64,000 bases of DNA from Paragordius varius. Lineage: Eukaryota > Animalia > Nematomorpha. Each line of letters begins with the position of its first letter. The first letter of the stretch is position 1. The stretch covers positions 8,246,001-8,310,000 of the forward strand of contig OZ176051.1 in NCBI GenBank assembly GCA_964247055.1. The letters run 5' to 3'. This document shows, piece by piece, positions 58,129-64,000 of the stretch. Under the pieces are notes generated by a model. It saw nothing but the letters and a program-made list of their open reading frames with translations. It did not search any database and was not told where the DNA came from. A program made the position numbers and the translations under genes.

Positions 58129-59956
58129 ATAATTAAAGCAAATAATATAATGCAAAAAAATGAAATAAAAAATGTAAATTTAATGTAAAAATTCTGAACT
58201 AAAGTTTATACGCGTTATGGGTGTTGCGGTTTTTATTTTCTTTCATTCCTGTCCATGTTACGGATTATAAAAAAAGTTTCGTTCAAACAAATTATTAAAA
58301 AACCAAGGAATCGTTTGAGGTCCATTGTTTTTGGTTAATGGTTTTGATTTGGGTTTAAAGAATAAGATCGCGAAAATTGTTAATATATATGCCTGAGAAA
58401 TTTATCGAATGATTTATTTATAAGCCTAAAAAACGTTAAACCATTTTTAGATTTTTATTGAATAACGATTATAAAATATACGATCCGATTCTACCACAAA
58501 AAACAGCTTAGGTAATCCCTTGTGATATTGCTAAATGTAAGAAAAATATTAAAGAAGTAAAGTTTAGGGTGAAGTTTTATGTTTATTAATAGAAGTTGTT
58601 AAATCCATGAAATAAAAAAAATTTAATTCTTTAGAGGGTTTCCATATATTAGAGTTTAATTATTTCCAACTATCAAAGTATTAACCAGACGCTGATCTAA
58701 ACCGATTATGATATGAATTTCGATTTATTTGAAAATATTTACCCCTAAAAACCTACATGGGTATATAAATATACTGAATTACATAATAATTTATAACGAA
58801 ACTATCAAATTTTAATAATCCTCCTACAATATATACATTATAAAACTTATATCTACTTGTTTATTACAGTATGTACATTAATGTTAATCAATTCGCATTA
58901 TTTTTGACCAATCTTGAATACAGTAACGTATGATTTACAACGAATTTTGTCATTATAAATATAATTTAAAGCTGTAAGATAGGGGTATAATTAATTTCAG
59001 CCCTTCGTTGTTTTTTACCCATACGCTATTGTATTGCCAATTGGCCATGTGAATATCAGAGGTTCAGCCTTTCTAAATCAATATACCTTTTTAATTAAAC
59101 CAGATTGATTTTTAAATCACAGAATCTCCACATTAAATATACGATATACCAAAATTCCAAATTATTTTATACGCCTTGTGTTTAGATTTATAGGAGTTTC
59201 CACAAAATGGTGTAATAAATAATTTATATTCAATTACTGTGCAATAAACGCTTAATTTTTTTTTGGTAATCGAAAAAAGTAAAAGTAAGCAAGAGCGGCC
59301 ACAATAGAACAAAAAACAGAAATAGCAATTGGCTAAGCCATTTCATTCTTCCCTGTAGGGAATTGTGAGATCATTTCAACAACTTTAGCTGCATAGAATA
59401 AAGTATTTGCTTAATGAAAAAATATATTTTTCTGTTTTGAACATTATACCAAAAAAGTCAATATATATCTTTTATATTCAAGTAACATTAAACAGATGGC
59501 TTTGAGAGACTACATTTAGGGAGGAGGTTATACTTAGTATTTATGTAATTTGCGTTAAAGTCATAGATATCACAAAAACGAATCATATAAATGACTAAAT
59601 GCAAATAATAGCAATAACGACAGAAGCCAAAACTCTTTTTAGCTTTTTATGTATGATAGATAGCCAATAAGCTAGTTACAGGTATTTGTGATAATCACCC
59701 TTTTTTATCAACTTTGATATTTAACTAAACAGGAAAGGAAGCTTGTAAAAGTAAAACGCAATAATTCATTTCACATTGTTATTGTTAAACAATTAATGAT
59801 AAGCAGCGTATGATATAAAACAAATTTTGTGCATTATGAAATTTACTAATATAAGATAAAAAAATTTAATTTCAACCATATGTTGTTTTTTATTTATACG
59901 CTACTGTATACCTTATGAATTGAGACCAACTCTAATACTTTAATATGCATATTTAA

Positions 59957-60569
59957 CACTGAGTGCAAAAAAGATGGTTAATTTTTTGACAAAGAAATTT
60001 TATTTCATGATATAGTTTATGATCAGCGAATTCATTTGTAACAAATTTTAATTTTGTTGACGACCTAGTTTTTAGAGAAATCGAAATCGGGCAAAAAGGA
60101 AAATTTATACTGATGTTATGAGATATTTTCAATATAAAAAGCCTAGGGTACGAGCCTAAAATCATATATTTAGGGTTTGTATGAAATTTCAATTAAAAAA
60201 ATGGCGTTTATCCTTTTAAGATACTTAAAAGAATTTTTTCATAAAACTATATTAAAATAATTTTTTTAATTATTTACCAACTATTAACATTCATATTTTA
60301 TTGAGTAAAAAAAACTTCTATACAAAATATTGTTTTATATTTTTTTGTCATCAGGTTTATGAGTGTAAAAAAATAATATACTTTTTGGAATCTTACATGT
60401 GTGGACATTATAAATTATATAAATTAATACAATAAAGGATTTAGAAATAGTGAGATATTATCAAAAAATTAGCACAAATCCCAGTAAAAATTTTACTTTG
60501 TGTTCAAACAAACCTTATAAAGGGATTTATACGGATTGTTGGTTGCACTACTTTTAAATCCTATTTTGC

Positions 60570-60606
<37 letters not shown>

Positions 60607-61099
60607 TCCAAAATAATATAGTATAAATTTTTTATACACCCATAAACCAGATAATTAAAAAATAAAACATTATTTTTTAGTGTTATTTTGATATATAAGT
60701 TTTTCTGAATAAAATATGGATGTTAAGATTTAATAGTGAGTTAAGGTAGTAAATAATTAAAAAATTATTCTAATATAATTCCATAAAAAAATTTTGTCTT
60801 TTAAGTATGCTAAAAGAAAAATTCTATCTTTTGAACTGAGATTTTATACAAACCCTAACTAAATAAAGGCTATTTATATATTGATTTCTCATAAAACGAT
60901 ACCAAATATCTCAACTTTTATCATTATTTTTGAATTATCCTTAATTATCCTAAATTTCCACTTTTTGCCCGATTTCGATTTTCTCTCAATATTTCAAAAA
61001 ATACGTCGTAAAAAAATAAAATTTTTTACGGCAAATGTATTAGCTGATAGGTGATACCATGAAATAAAATATTTTGTTTAAATTTTTTTGTACACAGTG
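59957..61099. mobile_element. Non-autonomous DNA transposon, ~1.14 kb, with ~150-bp diverged TIRs
   Basis: Outer ends are cactgagtgcaaaaa and ttttttgtacacagtg. The inner arm gagaaatcgaaatcgggcaaaaag (~60075) pairs with ctttttgcccgatttcgattttctc (60961). Confidence 0.65.
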
Positions 61100-64000
61100 T
61101 AACAGAACCAGAATAACCAAAAGAGATTAGAGTTACTCAGAAAACTGCTGTTTTCTTTAAAAAAATCATAAAATATTAAATTATATAATCACACCAGCCA
61201 AAAAGATATTATATTAATATTGAGACAACAACTTTATTTCTATAAAAGGAAAACCAATTACTTAATTGATGGTTAAGATATATTTTTTGGATGGATCCTT
61301 TCCATAAAATATTTATAGAAATATATTTTTTTTGCAATGCACGACAGTTAATATGGAGAGATGGATTTATGGTATTAGTAATAAAAGGAAAAACTATTAA
61401 AACAAAGTATATATATCTATGTATGTATTTGAGGATTAAATATTAAATATTTTATTATCATTAAAGATAGTAGATCCCATCGGATTAATTTTAGCATCAT
61501 AAATTATTAATGTATTTAAGCCTCATCTATATAGTTTTCTTTATGATCTGATGTTAAATGTATAACTTCAATAATATTTGATATAACATATTTGAACTAA
61601 CCATGCAGCAAAACCTTTTATATATTTTTACAAAAAAGAATTAAATGAAATTTGCTAACATATGTGTATCTTTGAAGAAAGTAGGAATTACCATGGAAAC
61701 CCAATCAGTAATGATCTGTTAAGTAAATCCAAGGAGCTTTAGTTATAACCAAAAGAAGTTTTTTTACATTTAATGTCAAAGAGTATTATTTGATAAAAGA
61801 CTGACACTGATTATAAATAAATGATATAGATGATTTAACCGAAATGACTAGTTTTGGACATCAACTTAAATTAAATTATTTTTAATCAGTTTTCTAAGAT
61901 TTCCAAAAATGATAAAAAATACACATATATACATCATAAAAATTGAGCGTTTTTATCTTTTGATTACTACGCTACTGGAATATTAATTAACATTTATAAT
62001 ATTAACTTAACGAAATTGGAGTTAACCTTTGTGTGCCACTTCAGTTATATTTTATCCTTACTGATGATTATACCAGCGGTGCGCAAAAAATTGGCAACTT
62101 AATTCTTCCTTCCCCGTTCTGTAATTCTTGACTCAATTTATTACAGTTGATGTTGCCTATGTCTACATCTGAAAGAGCATTCAATTCTACTTAAATTTTA
62201 GTTATCACTCAATAATTTTTTATCAACACCATATCTTTTGGGGTTAATATATATCCCAGAGTTTCTATTTGGATTTTTTGTTCAAAATTGTAAAATATAA
62301 TATGTTAATATTGTCAACGAGAACGAATCTTTTATGTTAAAATAATATGGTTAAAAAATAAAATTACTAAATTTTATAATTGCTTTTGATCACATAGTGT
62401 TTTACTAATTTAAAATTTTGAGTTTTGTATACCTATTATTCAGACAGGTTATCCTTGATACTCATAATATGACACAACTATCGGTCTTTATAGATAGATT
62501 TCAGAAGTGAACACTAAAAATTATCTGAGTCGAAAGTAAAACATGGGGTTCGTTATCCACAAATTTTAATTAAACTAAGTTGTAAGAAATTTTAAACTCG
62601 ATACATTATAATGAAACTGTGCTCTATGAATAGAGTTTGAAAATTGTCTCTAATTTGCAAAATTTGAATTGACATTATAACAAGTATACTCTCGAAAGTA
62701 TAATTAAAGTTGACCCGTACTTCTAGATGGTTTTTATGTTTAATTGGTAATTATTATCCAAGGTTGCATTCGGTGATATTATCATTTCAAATATTACAGA
62801 AAAATAATTTATTTGTTAGAGGTAGGAAACTGTCCAAAAAAGTTTCGTTGATTCCGCTCAAATTTTAGTAACTTAATATACCCAAAATAATGTATTTGTT
62901 AAGCTTTTAGGTTTCATCTTAAAAATATTTCAATATCTTATCCACTGTATATCTACTGTGGGAACTTTGGACTAATTGCAATTGAAAATACGAAAAAAAT
63001 ATGACAAATATAGGATTTTAAGCCACTTTTTAAGCATTGTATAAACTCGTTATGATGTTCATGGCGGGGTATGAAGGGTGCTATGAGATATATTTATTTA
63101 ATTTTTGTATATAATCTAGTTATTTTTCAAAATACTCTCATAAATAATTATATTATAGGAAAAATAAAAAAAATAAAAAACAATATTGTTAATGATGTTA
63201 CAGTATAAATAATTTATGATTTAAGTTAATCAAATTTCATTATTTCATTCTCGCTGCCTAAAAACTAAATATAACCAATTAAATAAATTGAATTTTAATG
63301 GCTCATTTGTGTACAGTTTTGAAATAAAAATTGTCATTTTGTTTGTCGTTTTTTTAATTTACCAGTTTTTGAAATTAATATTTATACGTTTTAAATGGTT
63401 TCGTAATAAACTCACCATTATAAAATTATTGAAGAGATTCCATATGAATTCATAAATTTTTTACTGCATTTTTTTGGTGTTTTTTTTGAAAATAATTAAT
63501 TTTCGCTGAAGTATATATTGTAGCCATAAAAAATATATACAACAAAATTTTGCAATTAAGATAAAATGTATTTATGGAATATATTTATAATTTAATTAAT
63601 AACTTTCCCTGACCCGCGTAAATCTGGTTTAGTGATATCCAAAATTATATTCGTGGGCAGCACTTTTATGATAAAAAGTCTAACCAAAATAAAGGGCATC
63701 ATATATTATTAGATTCCAAACATATAACTGAAAATCAATTATGAACACAATGAAAAAAACTATAAACTTCACCGAAATTTGCCAGCTTATTGCCAAAATT
63801 TGGAAAGACTTAGTTTAATTTTGTTTAAAAAAATTCAATTTTACCAAAATTTGTTTTATAAATAGCCATGTTTTTGCCGATTAGCAATTTCCTATTTATA
63901 TGGTCAAAATTTTTGTAGGGGGTTGCGAATTAAAGACCCATGATTGTGATAAATATTATATTCTTTATTTTTAATCTTTTTTATAGGAGACCAGTCGAAA

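Noticed and set aside
61687-61700. X-box-like attaccatggaaac (RFX site)
   Set aside because: It is a single imperfect match with no linked transcription start.
62130-62195. + strand peptide LLQLMLPMSTSERAFNS resembling a hAT dimerisation motif
   Set aside because: It is a short match with no other transposase sequence or TIRs nearby.

Overview
Very AT-rich eukaryotic (animal-type) genomic DNA. I reconstructed three intron-rich genes by hand, exon by exon, from GT-AG boundaries, codon phase and recognised protein motifs. (1) COG3/Sec34, + strand, 6172-19392, 19 exons, ~995 aa. (2) A SWEET/SLC50A1 sugar transporter, + strand, 20800-21904, 6 exons, 218 aa, absent from the supplied ORF track. 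(3) A greatly enlarged Groucho/TLE co-repressor, - strand, 53890-22530, 31 exons, ~1591 aa. The main discovery is a class of ultra-short GT-AG introns (22, 23, 26 and 29 nt) in SWEET and COG3. They coexist with 49 ordinary introns of 63-6458 nt, with nothing between 30 and 62 nt. All four are non-multiples of 3 and carry an in-frame stop. Introns and intergenic DNA hold a decayed hAT transposon with perfect TIRs and TSD, a 5'-truncated RTE-clade LINE nested inside a MITE that is itself nested inside another MITE, at least four TA-flanked MITE families, LINE relics, a diverged ~315-bp tandem array and (TA)n microsatellites. Homology calls rest on sequences recalled from memory; no searches were run and the organism is not identified.
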